64,000 bases of DNA from Asterias rubens (Eukaryota). The notes under the pieces were generated by a model. It was given only the letters and a program-made list of their open reading frames with translations, was not told the origin of the DNA and searched no databases. The translations under genes and the position numbers were made by a program. This document shows, piece by piece, positions 38,857 through 50,635 of this stretch. Location: positions 2,480,001 to 2,544,000 of the forward strand of contig NC_047064.1 in NCBI RefSeq assembly GCF_902459465.1, given 5' to 3'. How positions within the stretch are numbered: the first letter of the stretch is position 1; each line of letters starts with the position of its first letter.

Positions 38857-41567
38857 AATGGTGAGAAGTGAAACGGATGGATTTCACAGGGCTGGGATTT
38901 GTGATTTTTCTTGTATCAAGGACGTTGGTATTATGCTCTCTCGTGTGAAGCAGGCTTAAGACGTTGGGTAGGAAAAATAATCCTCTTCAGGTGCGTGTAC
39001 TCGTAGTATACCGGTAGTGGTAGTTGAACGTGGAGACTGTATCGTGATTCGTGAACACTTTAGGTTACAAATTTGAAGCTACCCGTGTGTTTCATTGGAT
39101 ACAAACAAGTAATCTTTGTGTATGCTTCGTATTTGAAAGTGCGAGGGAGGGTACCAAGGAATTTTCTTCTTGGTAATGGGCACCCTAGATGTATGAGGAA
39201 ATTGTCAATTTCTACTTGGCCGTAAAGTAGGCCTATCAGGCCGGGGTCGATTTCACAAAGAGTTACGACTTTTCTTATCTCGAGTTAGGGTGAGTAACTC
39301 CTCCATCTTAGGATTAATCTTAAGGTCTGCATTCTACAGTGCAGGGTTGGGACTCGTCCTAAGTTTAGTCTTAAGTTAGGAAGAGTTATGTGAAATCGAC
39401 GGCTGCATCCGGTGTTGTTATTTACAGGCCTTGAGTTTTGTTCTTGAAGGGACACGGCAATTTTCCTCTGGTAAGGGGCACTTGAAAATGTAAATTTGTA
39501 TTGGAACTTTGCAAAGGGCACAGAAGCAAGAGCACAGAGCACCAGGGCAGTTGCTGTGGGTGCCGTGGGTTATTATGAGGCCTGCATTTAGCCACAAGTT
39601 CATTCTTTTTTTTTTAAGCCTTTCAAATTTGTATTTGAAGAAATATGAGAGCTGGTTTTTGCACGGTCGATCTTTTTATTCACATTTCTTTTAGAAGGAT
39701 ACAGTCAAGTCTCACAATAACATGCATGATCTTAATCCTATTTTAGTCTGATTTACTATTTGTTTGCCCTTGGAAAAATCAGAAAAATGGTGAGTAAATA
39801 TATCCTGAGAAGCCCATTAAAGCCTTTACTACATGAACAAGTAGGTCAGCCCTTGTGCTCAATAAAATCTTCATTCTCTTTTTCCCCAAGGACTAAATAA
39901 CACACCTTTTATCAAAAGCTCAGTTCATGCTGGGGCTCTGTTAAAGGGAACTGAATCTTATTTCTTCACTTAAACTGAAAACGGCTTTGAACAAAAGTCT
40001 GCCGCTGTAACTAGTGGTAAGACATCAGCTCTAGCAATGCAAAGGTCATGGGTTCGAATCCTATTCCAGTGATTTACGAGTGGATTGTTTCACAGAACTT
40101 GGTGGAAAGCACTGAGAATATATAGAGTGTTAAAAAAACAAATAATAATCTCATTTCTGCTTTGTGTTTCTGCCGTCCTCTTATAACAACGTTTCTCTCA
40201 ATAAAGAGGGAATTTGCACAGTCCCAGTGATTTTAATGTTCTGAGAATCCATCATGATCATAATTTAAAGGAACACGTTGCCTTGGGTCGGTCGAGTTGG
40301 TCTTTAAAAAGCATTCTGTAACTGTTTGAAAACACGGTCGGATAAACGGCCAACTGTGTTAGTTTGCAAAGTAAAAGGAAAACCATGCAATTTCGAGGCA
40401 AATGTGTGTGGATCGTTGTTCTCTACTTTTTAAACATCTTTCTAACCATATGCATTTTATAACAAACGGTTAAAAAACGCTTTTCAAAGACCAACTCGAC
40501 CAATCCAAGGCAACGTGTTCCTTTAATACTTCCTCATCCCCCCAAAAGAAGATTCTCTAAGTCCACAAAACCACATAGCATCTGAAGATCTTGCCAGGTG
40601 TGTCATCTTTTGTTTGGAGCCCAATACTTGTTTGTGCGGTGCTTGGCTGTGTGTACAATTCTCAAGTGCGCATGTACACACTTAACATACATTTAAATGT
40701 AAGTGGAGTTGTCGCGTAGATGTTTGAGCTCCGTCTCAAGCATGTTTGAATTCCTTTCGGTTGGATTAAGAATGTGAATTTTTATTGATCGGATTTCCCC
40801 CTTGGGCTGAGCTTAGGGCAGCCATTTCCAATACTATCTTTCTAGCCCATGCTGATCATTTCTGTGACCACGGTTCTTAAACGTTGATGCAGAACACATA
40901 ACTGATGTTCTTAAACATTGAGGCAGACCACATAACTAATAACTTACAGTTCTTAACAATTTATGCAGTAATTTCCCATATATAAGGCAATTAATAAAAA
41001 AAAAGATTTATGGTGCGCCTTGAGTTGGTATGCTTGTTTAAGTCATTACACATTTTGCTTTAACCTAGTTCAGACCATAAGTTAACAATTTTATATGCTC
41101 TGCGCGCATGATGTGCTAGTAAGGCAAGCGTCTTGTGACCTCTATCAACAGACGCACTTTTGCGATGCTAAAATATGCATTAATGTCTTTTGCTGATTGA
41201 CATTCAAAAGTGCACATTAAGGCTCCATTTAATCGTGTCCTAGATTACTTTATACCTTAATCTGATCGGCAGTAGCAGGTGACTACCATGCTAAGCAGGT
41301 GTTTACCACACTAAGCAGGTGTCAGCTCTAGATACCGATTCAAAGCTGGGGATTGTGCACAAGTAGAAAAAGTGCTTGCTACTGGAAAATGTATTGTAAG
41401 TTTGTATCTTGCAGAGGGCACCACAGCAAAACCACACGCAATTGCTATTTGCCTTGGGTGGCTGGGTTTTTTTGGGGCCTGAAAAAGAATTGTTTAACTG
41501 TGAATGAAGTTTTTCCTCATTTAGACTCTGGTCTTGTAAAATAAACTTTGGTCCGGTAAATTGTGGA

Positions 41568-41940
41568 AGTGTTGTGGCCGAACAGTAAAAAAGCACCAAA
41601 TTCAAACTCTGGTGTTTCTAATCAGCAGAATGTGGGTTCGAATCCCCAGCCGTGACACTTGTGTCCTTTTAAAGTAAGACACTTAACCATTGCTTTGTCA
41701 TTCGGATGGGACGTAGAGCCATTGGTCCCATGTTTTACATGTATGTAATGCATGTAAAAGAACCCAGTGCACTTATCGAAAAGAGAAGGGGTTCGCTACG
41801 GTGTTTCTGGTTCGATTGGCAGCAAATTGCGCCACAGCACCTTGTAAAGCATTACATGGTGCTATCAGAATTAGGTCTCATAATTAAAACGTAGTCCCAC
41901 ATCTCGCAGGAAATACTACATGTACTTATGTTACACAGCG
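41568..41940 (+). mobile_element. tRNA-headed SINE
   Basis: gtggccgaacagt...gtgggttcgaatccc...gacacttgtgtcc...aagacacttaac; same head as the 57545 copy with a different body. Confidence 0.8.
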
Positions 41941-42890
41941 TCAGGAGCGTCACTGGGTGACGGACATGTGCGCAAGAAGCCACAATTTTTAAATAATTTT
42001 GAGCATGTACAAGTACAAGCTGTGCTGTCTTGTACGACTTTATCCCAATTTCAAGCCTTGAAGGCTAACATACATGTACAAAATGTACATTCAGGAATGT
42101 GCAGCAAAAAGGATTAAGTGAATGTTTATGATGTATCCTCTTGACTACATCAGCATACCTTCTGTCCTAAATGTCGACCGAAATGTTGGACAAACTTGTC
42201 GAAATAATGTTAATGATTCAAACAGTCAGGATTGAAGAATAAAACTCTGTAGACCACAGCTTGTGACTTAAGAAAAGGGTAATGCATTATACATATGATC
42301 TGATGAATTAATAAAATGTTTGATATTTTTGTTCATGTCAATGGTTAAGCTATTAATATTAAGCGCTTGTGTCAGTCCCCTGCATTTGTTGTTCTAGTTG
42401 AATGTGCAGAAAACTTTAAGAATTTTTGATATTATTTCTTGGTTTCGGGCGACTGTTCCGGGGCTTTCCTTTGTTCTCCGCAGTGGTGCATCTCCTAATA
42501 CTAAACAACAATGGTATCACCGTTTCTTGCAACGTGTTATTGTAAAATGTCAACTTCATTTACATCAAATATTCATCAATAAATTTCTTCTTTAAGCCGT
42601 CCATCCTTTGATTATTTTACCAGAAATTGAGGCTAAAAATACACGCACACATTCAGCTCTGGTTGCTACAACCAAAATGAGCTTGGACAATGGGTTTACA
42701 TGCTGGAAATTGTTCATAGTTTTTCACTACTTTCTCCTGACTTACACATTCAGATAAGCCCACATTTTCACAGGTTTGTTATTTCACAGGCCTGGAATTT
42801 CGTCTTTGAAATGCCGTTTTCCGTTATGCAAAGGTAATTTTTAATGCACAATTTGAAGTTCTATGGGAAAATTGGGGCACTGAGGCCAAG

Positions 42891-43205
42891 ACCAGGGCAA
42901 TGGAAGCCACGACCAGGGCAATGGAAGCCATGACCAGGGCAATGGAAGCCACGACCAGGGCAATGGAAGCCAAGACCAGGGCAATGGAAGCCACGACCAG
43001 GGCAATGGAAGCCAAGACCAGGGCAATGGAAGCCAAGACCAGGGCAATGGAAGCCAAGACCAGGGCAATGGAAGCCACGACCAGGGCAATGGAAGCCACG
43101 ACCAGGGCAATGGAAGCCACGACCAGGGCAATGGAAGCCAAGACCAGGGCAATGGAAGCCAAGACCAGGGCAATGGAAGCCATGACCAGGGCAATGGAAG
43201 CCACG
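42891..43205. repeat. 21-bp minisatellite ACCAGGGCAATGGAAGCCA(A/C/T)G, 15 copies, inside a family F element
   Basis: Read directly; explains the repetitive ORFs at 42824-43314. Confidence 0.97.
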
Positions 43206-43413
43206 ACCACTGTGGCCTCCATGTAATGGCAGGCCTGAGTTCATGTATTGTATATGGTTGATGTCCCAAGACATGAACACTCTCTGCGACTATTTTGTCA
43301 GCTATACCAATCATGTATAACTCCTTTAAAGATTATGATAGAGAGAGTGGTATAATGCATTTTGGAGAAACACATAGACTTTTCTCTTATTACAGTTAGA
43401 GTGATTACTCCAG

Positions 43414-43530
43414 TTTAGGGTTAGGGTTAGTTTAGGGTTAGTGTTAGGGTTAGGTTTAGGTTTAGGGCTGGGGTTAGGGTTAAGGTTAGGGTTAGTGTTA
43501 ATGTTAGGGTTAGGGTTAGGCTTAGGTTAA
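43414..43530 (+). repeat. Degenerate (TTAGGG)n telomere-like tract
   Basis: About 19 hexamers (ttaggg, ttagtg, ttaggt, ttaagg variants). Confidence 0.85.
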
Positions 43531-45891
43531 GCACACAAAACAAAAACACTGTGAATATTTTATCAGCTCAACCAGTCCTGTTTAACACCTTTAAAGATTA
43601 AGATACATATAAAGGTTGGTAAAAGGTTGGAGAAATACCATAGACTCTCTCACTCATAACAGTGAAGAGTCATTACTCCATGTTGATGGTTGATGGGCAA
43701 TGATTGATTGGTAATTAAATGAACCATTGAAATTAGGTAATGGTCAAAACATGCCAGCCTTCCACTCTCGTTAGTTCTTTATTGCATTATTGGGCTGTAC
43801 TTTGTGAAAAATGATGCATTCGTTGTTTGATTCAAAGTTGCCGGCATGTCCACGAGGGATTTGGAGCTTGAATTAAATATGAAGGTCCCAATGGAGTGAT
43901 GCATCGTCATTTCTCTGCAGTGCAACGTTTGCCTTGTTTAGGCTTTTGTTAAACGAACCGGTGAATGCGTAATGGGATTGCATAATTATAATGCAATTAG
44001 TTCGATAATAATTTTAAAAATCCTGTTTCATCAGATATTTATGATGCAGTCATTAATCCTGCCTTCGAAATTGTGAAGAGGTAGTATTTTTCATAATTGT
44101 TTTTTTTATGAAAACATTTATATTTCATCCTCTAGGTTACAATGAACACAATAAAACTGACCTTGGATAATTTTATAGCATTTTGAGAGAATGATAAATG
44201 GAACAGGGTTCTCCACAGGATTTTCCAATGTTGGGCATTCTGGACCAAAACTTTGGATGGCAGAATGCTTGATGAAAACAAGGTCTTTGGAATGTTTTCG
44301 ACTTGGTGATTATCTTGGTATTGAAAAACCCTATTGTGCAATCGGGAGTATTCTATTATGGTTTTCTCTTTCATGTTTTTTTTTTGGGGGGGGAGGGGGG
44401 TGGGAAAAGGAAAAAAAAACACCACGTCATTTTTGCGCAATGGCTGAAATTTGCGTGTATCGGCACACAAATCGCACATCTTGGCCCAATTCATTAGCTG
44501 GTGCCCTGGGGAGAGTCCTGCAGACTTGATATCCATGCACAGAGTGCAACTTCATTTGCATACTCTCAAACATGACGCGGACTAGGGTTTATGTTTTGCC
44601 AACTCTGTTTGAAGAGAATCCAGGTTATATTTTATAGATTGAGATTAAGGTCTCTTCTTGTTGCTGTTTCAGAACTGATGTGGGTTTCATTTGATGGCGG
44701 CATTTAAGTGCTCCCTCATAGAAGACAAATTAATTGATCTCTATCATTTAGAGAAACTAGAATTAGCTGTTGGAAACTGCTTACCAATTAAAAGGACCTA
44801 TGGTATAAATGCAAAATACAGTTAATATCCCAATGTTTTTACCCCAACGGGTCTCCTTAACCTCCTTCCCAAGTCCCCTTGCGGAAGTTTCAGAAGGAAA
44901 ACTGATTGTTTCTTGAAGGCTAATGTACTGGATATTGTCCTCAAACCTGTCATTTTTGATGACCTTTTCCTTCTCATTAACGAACTTCGAGTTGGTCAAT
45001 GAGTGGAGGTTAGATGCGCACACCTTCCAGGACAACACCTGTGACCTGTTTAAATAGGTACATGAATGTTACTCACACCCCGGTACTCCTCAACCGAATT
45101 GAGAAATTAATAATAAACTAAAAGCGAAGCATGTAGTTTGTCAACTTCTCAACATTAGACACTTGTGATGAAAGTATCTTTATGGCATGCCCGTCCCCCT
45201 CCCCCTCTCTCTCCAGTGAAATGTAATCCGATATACATGTAATGTAGGCAAGAAACGCATGATGAATCTTGCATAAATTGCCATGATAGTGGGTGTATAC
45301 TAATTTGATCATTAGTCACACAATGGGATGGGCAGATGTTGATAATTGCCAAACAGAAGTCGGAGTCGTTATACTATTTGCGGCACGCACAGATGGTTGC
45401 TACGAATACTGAAAGAGTAAGTTTTATTTTTACATACATACTAGCAACTAAGTGATGAGAGTTCATGTAAGGACACTTTGGCTTTGACACCTGTGGTCCA
45501 AATTTAGCACATCCATTGCGATAGTAATTTGTTACCGTTCAGGCGCATCTTGCATACATTAACAAAATATGGCACTTCGGTGGCCAAAAGCCAAGTTGCA
45601 TGCTGTTGTGGGCTCCACGAGTGTTTTCTTTCAGCACAACTTGCTTGCAATCATTTCAGGTTGCATAAAACGTGATGAAAGGTACCCATGATCATTTACA
45701 TAGACCGTTTGCGTATGGCGTCTCTGGAGTAGGGCGCTCTCATATACAGGTTAGAAGGAGTTTTCTCATTGGCCTATTCTGTGCGCTATGCGTATTAATA
45801 ACGGCGCATTTCCACTGTTTCGTTGTTAGGTTTGTAATGAAAGTTTGCCCAAAACACGGCTTTTATAAGCCGCTCTTGGTGAGAGCTACAA

Positions 45892-45965
45892 GGAAAAAAC
45901 TAATCATGGGAGCTGATTGTGGGATTTGGGAAAAAACTAATCATGGGAGCTGATTGTGGGATTTG
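45892..45965. repeat. 37-bp perfect tandem duplication
   Basis: ggaaaaaactaatcatgggagctgattgtgggatttg x2. Confidence 0.95.
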
Positions 45966-47921
45966 ATATTCCTAGTCTAAAAACAGTATAGAAACATGCA
46001 CCAGGCAAGGAGTTCCAAAGAGATGCAGTACAAGGAAAATATGTAGGTGTTTGAATGGCTCTTTGTTCCAAAATCACATAAATGACTGAGTATACAGTTC
46101 TTTATATCGGTGTGAGCACAGTAAAAACAAATTATAAATCAGATTACTGAAATAATGGGTAAAATTGTTTTCTACAATTTAGATATTGAATTTGTTTTTT
46201 GGGTCTACTTTGAGCAGTACTTAATCCTAAATGGCATTTGTTGTGCCAAGGTTAATGTATGTTTTAGCAGTGTAATTAATAATAAGCAATCATTTTGGAG
46301 TGTATGTAAAAAGGAGTGTACATGTCCTTGATCCTAGTGAGGTATCATTGCAAACCAACACAGTACACTGTCATCAATCTAGCCTCGGCTACACATTCAT
46401 CAATACTCTCCTCTGTAATGAGACCACGGCAACACACTTGCTTTCCCCCTGGCCCAGTTACCATGCCGATCGATGAGTGCAAGATTGGTTTTTGGTAACA
46501 GTGGCTTAGCTACCTTGGCTTTTGTTTCAGGAGGATACTTAAGGAGTGTCTAGCAATTGCTTCTTCAACTGAAGAGGGGAGGACGAGGCATCCCACGATC
46601 AATGCCCGGATTGAATTGCGAATGAGACGCTAAAACTTGTGCCGTGCATTCTGATAGCGTATTAGTGAGTGATGGCTGGCATATGCAAATCTAGTCAACT
46701 TTTGATTTGGTTATACCACAGAGTGCCTGGTGAACAGTTTAGAGTGCTGATGAACAGTTTGGAGTGCTGCAGATAGGGGTGAAAAATAGGCAGTCAAATA
46801 TTGATAAATTGACAGAGTTGTTGGAGATCAATTATGTGATTTTTATGAGAAAAACAAATTATCTGAGGCAATTTGCTTACCAACCAAAAGGACCTATGGT
46901 ACATATGCAAAAAACGTTAACGGCCTGACGTTTTGACCCTGGAAAAGTCTTTCTGAGATGTGATTTTTAACGAAATACTTGTTATGTGTAACCCCCCCCC
47001 CCTCTTCTTTTCCCTAATCATGTTGTATCCCTTCAGGATCATTAATGTACTCTTTTTGGAGCTGAATGTTTCAAACCAGCAGGTGTATACATAATTACGC
47101 TGCACACCCGTGTAAATATAGTAACCTGCCTGACAGCTAGATGCTGTACGGGCACTGACTTGCTGGGGCTGTTGTGTTAATTGACCAGCCTGGGGGAGGG
47201 GAGAGGGGATGGGGTAGCTTGAGGGGGGCGGGACAGGGAGGGAGAGCCAGTTCCACCATATGAAGAAGGAAGTACAGTGCGAAGGTATCAGCCAGCAATG
47301 TAACTACATGTAGCGTGCATTCCACTTGCTATCTGATCGGATGATGTCCTCATTTTGGGTTTCTCAACTGTGCCTTTGAAAATTTTAAAAAGTCTTACTG
47401 TGCTGGACACTTTCCTTTTTTTTATTTTGACAGTTTGAAGTTGGATGTCTGCATCTATATGTAGGTGGCCTATTCATCCTATTTTGATATTAAATTCTTT
47501 GTTAATTTTTTACAATGTATGCAAAAGTCGCGCAAGGTACATGTACACCTACATTTTATGGATAGTATTATTTGGTGATGAGATTGAAATGCTATACAAC
47601 TTTAAAAATTAAAAGATTTTGGGCAGAAGGTCAAGGGCCAGTTACAGCAAAGCCACAAAGGAAAATTTGTTTTTTTCAGAATGTGCTTTGTTTGTTTGTC
47701 CTTGGCTTAACCTCTTTAAACCATACAACATGTATTAACTGGTGCTCTGTCAAGCAGGTCACAAGGCAACGTCTTGTACTTGTTATGGGTAGTTTGTCAT
47801 CTTAGATGTATGTTAATCCAACAGTAGTGTGAATTAAGTCAAATGCCCTAAGAGGTTGTGTAGTCGTAGCGAGTGGGTTTTTTGTCAACCGGGTATTTTG
47901 TTGTTTTGTGTTAAGATTCCC

Positions 47922-48306
47922 TTAAAGGCAGTGGACACTAATGGTAATTACTAAAAATAATTATTAGCATAAAACCTTACTTGGTAACGAATAATGGGGA
48001 GAGGTTGATAGTATAAAACATTGGAAGAAACGGCTCCCTCTGAGGTGACGTAGTTTTCGAGAAAGAAGTAATTTTCCGCGGAGTTGATTTCGAGACCTCA
48101 GATTTAGAATTTGAGGTCTCGAAATCAAGCATCTGAAAGCACACAACTTCTTGTGACAAGGTGTTTTTTCTTTCATTGTTATCTCACAACTTTGACGACC
48201 AATTGAGCTCAAATTTTGACAGGTTTGTTATTTTATGCATATGTTGAGATACACCAAGTGAGAAGACTTGTCTCTGCCAATTACCAATAGTGTCCAGGGT
48301 CTTTAA
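47922..48306 (+). mobile_element. MITE family A copy
   Basis: Full length, TTAA-flanked TIRs. Confidence 0.9.
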
Positions 48307-50010
48307 TGTATTATTGTTTATTTTCGTCATTGTCGGATGAAAATATTTCGTCTTGAGATAAAAGACATTCAGTGGTTCATAATATCCTTTTGGATAGATC
48401 CAATCTGATTGGTCGAGAGGAGATCACGTGGTCATGTTTAAAGCATGCAATATAAACCGGTTGAGGAGTCTTTGAACACAGCCTGGTGAAGTTGCCTCAA
48501 AAGAGGGTGCTATCAGATAATTGTGCAGAGCTCTCAAATTTAAAGCCATATTTGGCTTACGAAACTTTGAATTGTACATGCAATCTGTTTGAAAAACTTA
48601 AGCGCGCAAGTTCTACAATTGTGCAAGGAGCTTCTTAGCACCAAACATGGTTAATTATTCAAAACAGAGTCAAGGTGAGCTGAGTCTAAGTTGTCACATT
48701 TTTTTCTTAATTTTTAAAGGTTTTTTGAAGGTTTTTATTTGAAAGGTATTTATGAATGGAAATAAAAGAGTGGTGACTCAGTCTTAAATGGCCATTTAAA
48801 ACCCGGGGCTGTAGCCGTGCGTTAAAGGACATCACCTATGGTTCGGTAATTTATCACACGGTCATTTATCGCACAGTCACAACCCTGCCGGTTTTAAATG
48901 GCTTTTAAAGAGCAAGGTAAATGTCAAATTCAATTTTGTGATGTACTTATTTCCCAATAGATAGTATCGACATGTGAGTGGAGAAAAAGTACTTGCTCTC
49001 AAGCTCGCATTATCATTGCGTTAATTGGTATTGCAGACGATACCCTTCTGAGGCAAAATTTGTCAACATCCAAAACATCCGATGACATCATTTTGAGATT
49101 AAATGGGTCTGAACATTTTTAATGTTTTGGTTCATTTCTGTCTGATAATGTTATTCAATCAAAACAGCCTTAAATTTATCATTTGTGACTGTTGAAATTT
49201 TCCTGCGTGGAATTTAAAGACTAGTTAGTTGTTGGAATCCAAACGTTGTCAAATTTCTCTCTCAAAATGAAACAAAACATCCCCGTAAAAAAGTTCACAC
49301 ACCCATTCTTCTCAGAATGATGTCATGGGATATTTTGGATTTTGACAAATTTCAAGCTTGGAGAGTATCGAATGTCGTTATACACAAATTTATTGTGAGG
49401 TTAGAGACCTGTAGTTTTTTTGCACTCACAGGAGGACTCCAAAATGAATACACCACAAAATTGAGTTTGACATTTCCCTTCCTCTTTAAAGACCTCGCTG
49501 TCACTCTTGTATTCCTTTATCGCAAAATTACTTTTTTACATAGTGAATCCCTCTGGATTCTAAGGTTTTTTTTCAGAGTAAGAGTGGAAAATAGATTCCA
49601 GATATTCACTTTATATAATAGTTTGAATGTACAAGTTAACTTATTTATTTATTTGTTTAATTATTTACTTTTGTTGTCTGTTTGTTATTTATTTATAAGT
49701 TTTTTTTTTAAAATGTTTTTATTTGTGCAATTCCAAGCGAACAGGGACCCACAAAATCAAATTAACCCCTGAACTTCCTTTTTATTTTTAAGTTAGTGCT
49801 ATCGAATGTAAGGACCAGGAAAATAACCTTTTTAGTCAAATAGTTATTGTTTTCTATGAAATATGTCACGTTTCTTCCTTGTTATGTTTGGCTTAAAAAA
49901 TGAAATATTTATGTGCATTTTGTTCATTTGTTTGCATTTTTCCCATAAAAAAGCAGTTTTACCAAATTTTAATGCAATTTAGTAGTATGACCTTATACCT
50001 TTCATACCAA

Positions 50011-50635
50011 AAATCTGCCCAGGACTTTTCTTTAAGATTTGTAAGTGCACAGTTGTTGGGTGCAGGGAGGTATGAAATGCGAGTGACGAAAAGCTCCCTT
50101 TTTTATTATTTTTTACAACTGGTTGTGATTGTATTGTTGGCAATTGAAAATTTGCTTCTCCCACCAATACCAAGTATAAAAGCACAAAGTATTAAAACAA
50201 AATACCAACCAGATTCTAATAGGAGGCCCTTGAAATTTGAAATGCGAGTGACGTGAAATGCGAGTGACGATATGTAATGCGACTGACGGTACCATTTTCT
50301 ATTATAAGAATGTGTACAAAGATAGTTTTGAGGGAAGTAATGTGTATAAAAGTGTACTACATGTACACGCATCACTTAAGAAAGAAAAATAATAATCTGC
50401 CCATGACTTTTCTTTAAGATTTGTAGGTGCACAGTTGTTGGATGCAGAGAGGTATGAAATGCGAGTGACGGAAAGCTCCCACAACTGGTTGTGATTGTAT
50501 TGTTGGCAATTGAAAATTTGCTTCTCCCACCAATACCAAGTATAAAAGCACAAAGCATCAAAACAAAATACCAACCAGATTCTAATAGGAGGCCCTTGAA
50601 ATTTGAAATGTGAGTGGCGTGAAATGCAAGTGACA
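50011..50635. repeat. Local duplication of about 250 bp (50011-50270 and 50394-50635)
   Basis: Two near-identical blocks aatctgccc...gaaatgcgagtgac separated by about 120 bp. Confidence 0.93.

Noticed and set aside
42824-43314. Four overlapping 108-157-aa repetitive ORFs
   Set aside because: They arise from a stop-poor 21-bp VNTR inside a TE; no splice or homology support.
44781-45038. 85-aa minus-strand ORF as a nested gene exon
   Set aside because: It runs into the dispersed agccttcaagaaa / ggtccttt..ttggtaagcag repeat family, and no known domain or partner exons were found.
45356-45416. Possible cassette or poison exon (aaacag...aga|gtaagt)
   Set aside because: The donor is good but the pyrimidine tract is weak; the peptide is unrecognised and cannot be supported without RNA data.
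49317-49772. 151-aa plus-strand ORF
   Set aside because: Low-complexity F/L/Y-rich translation of T-rich DNA with no coding signature.
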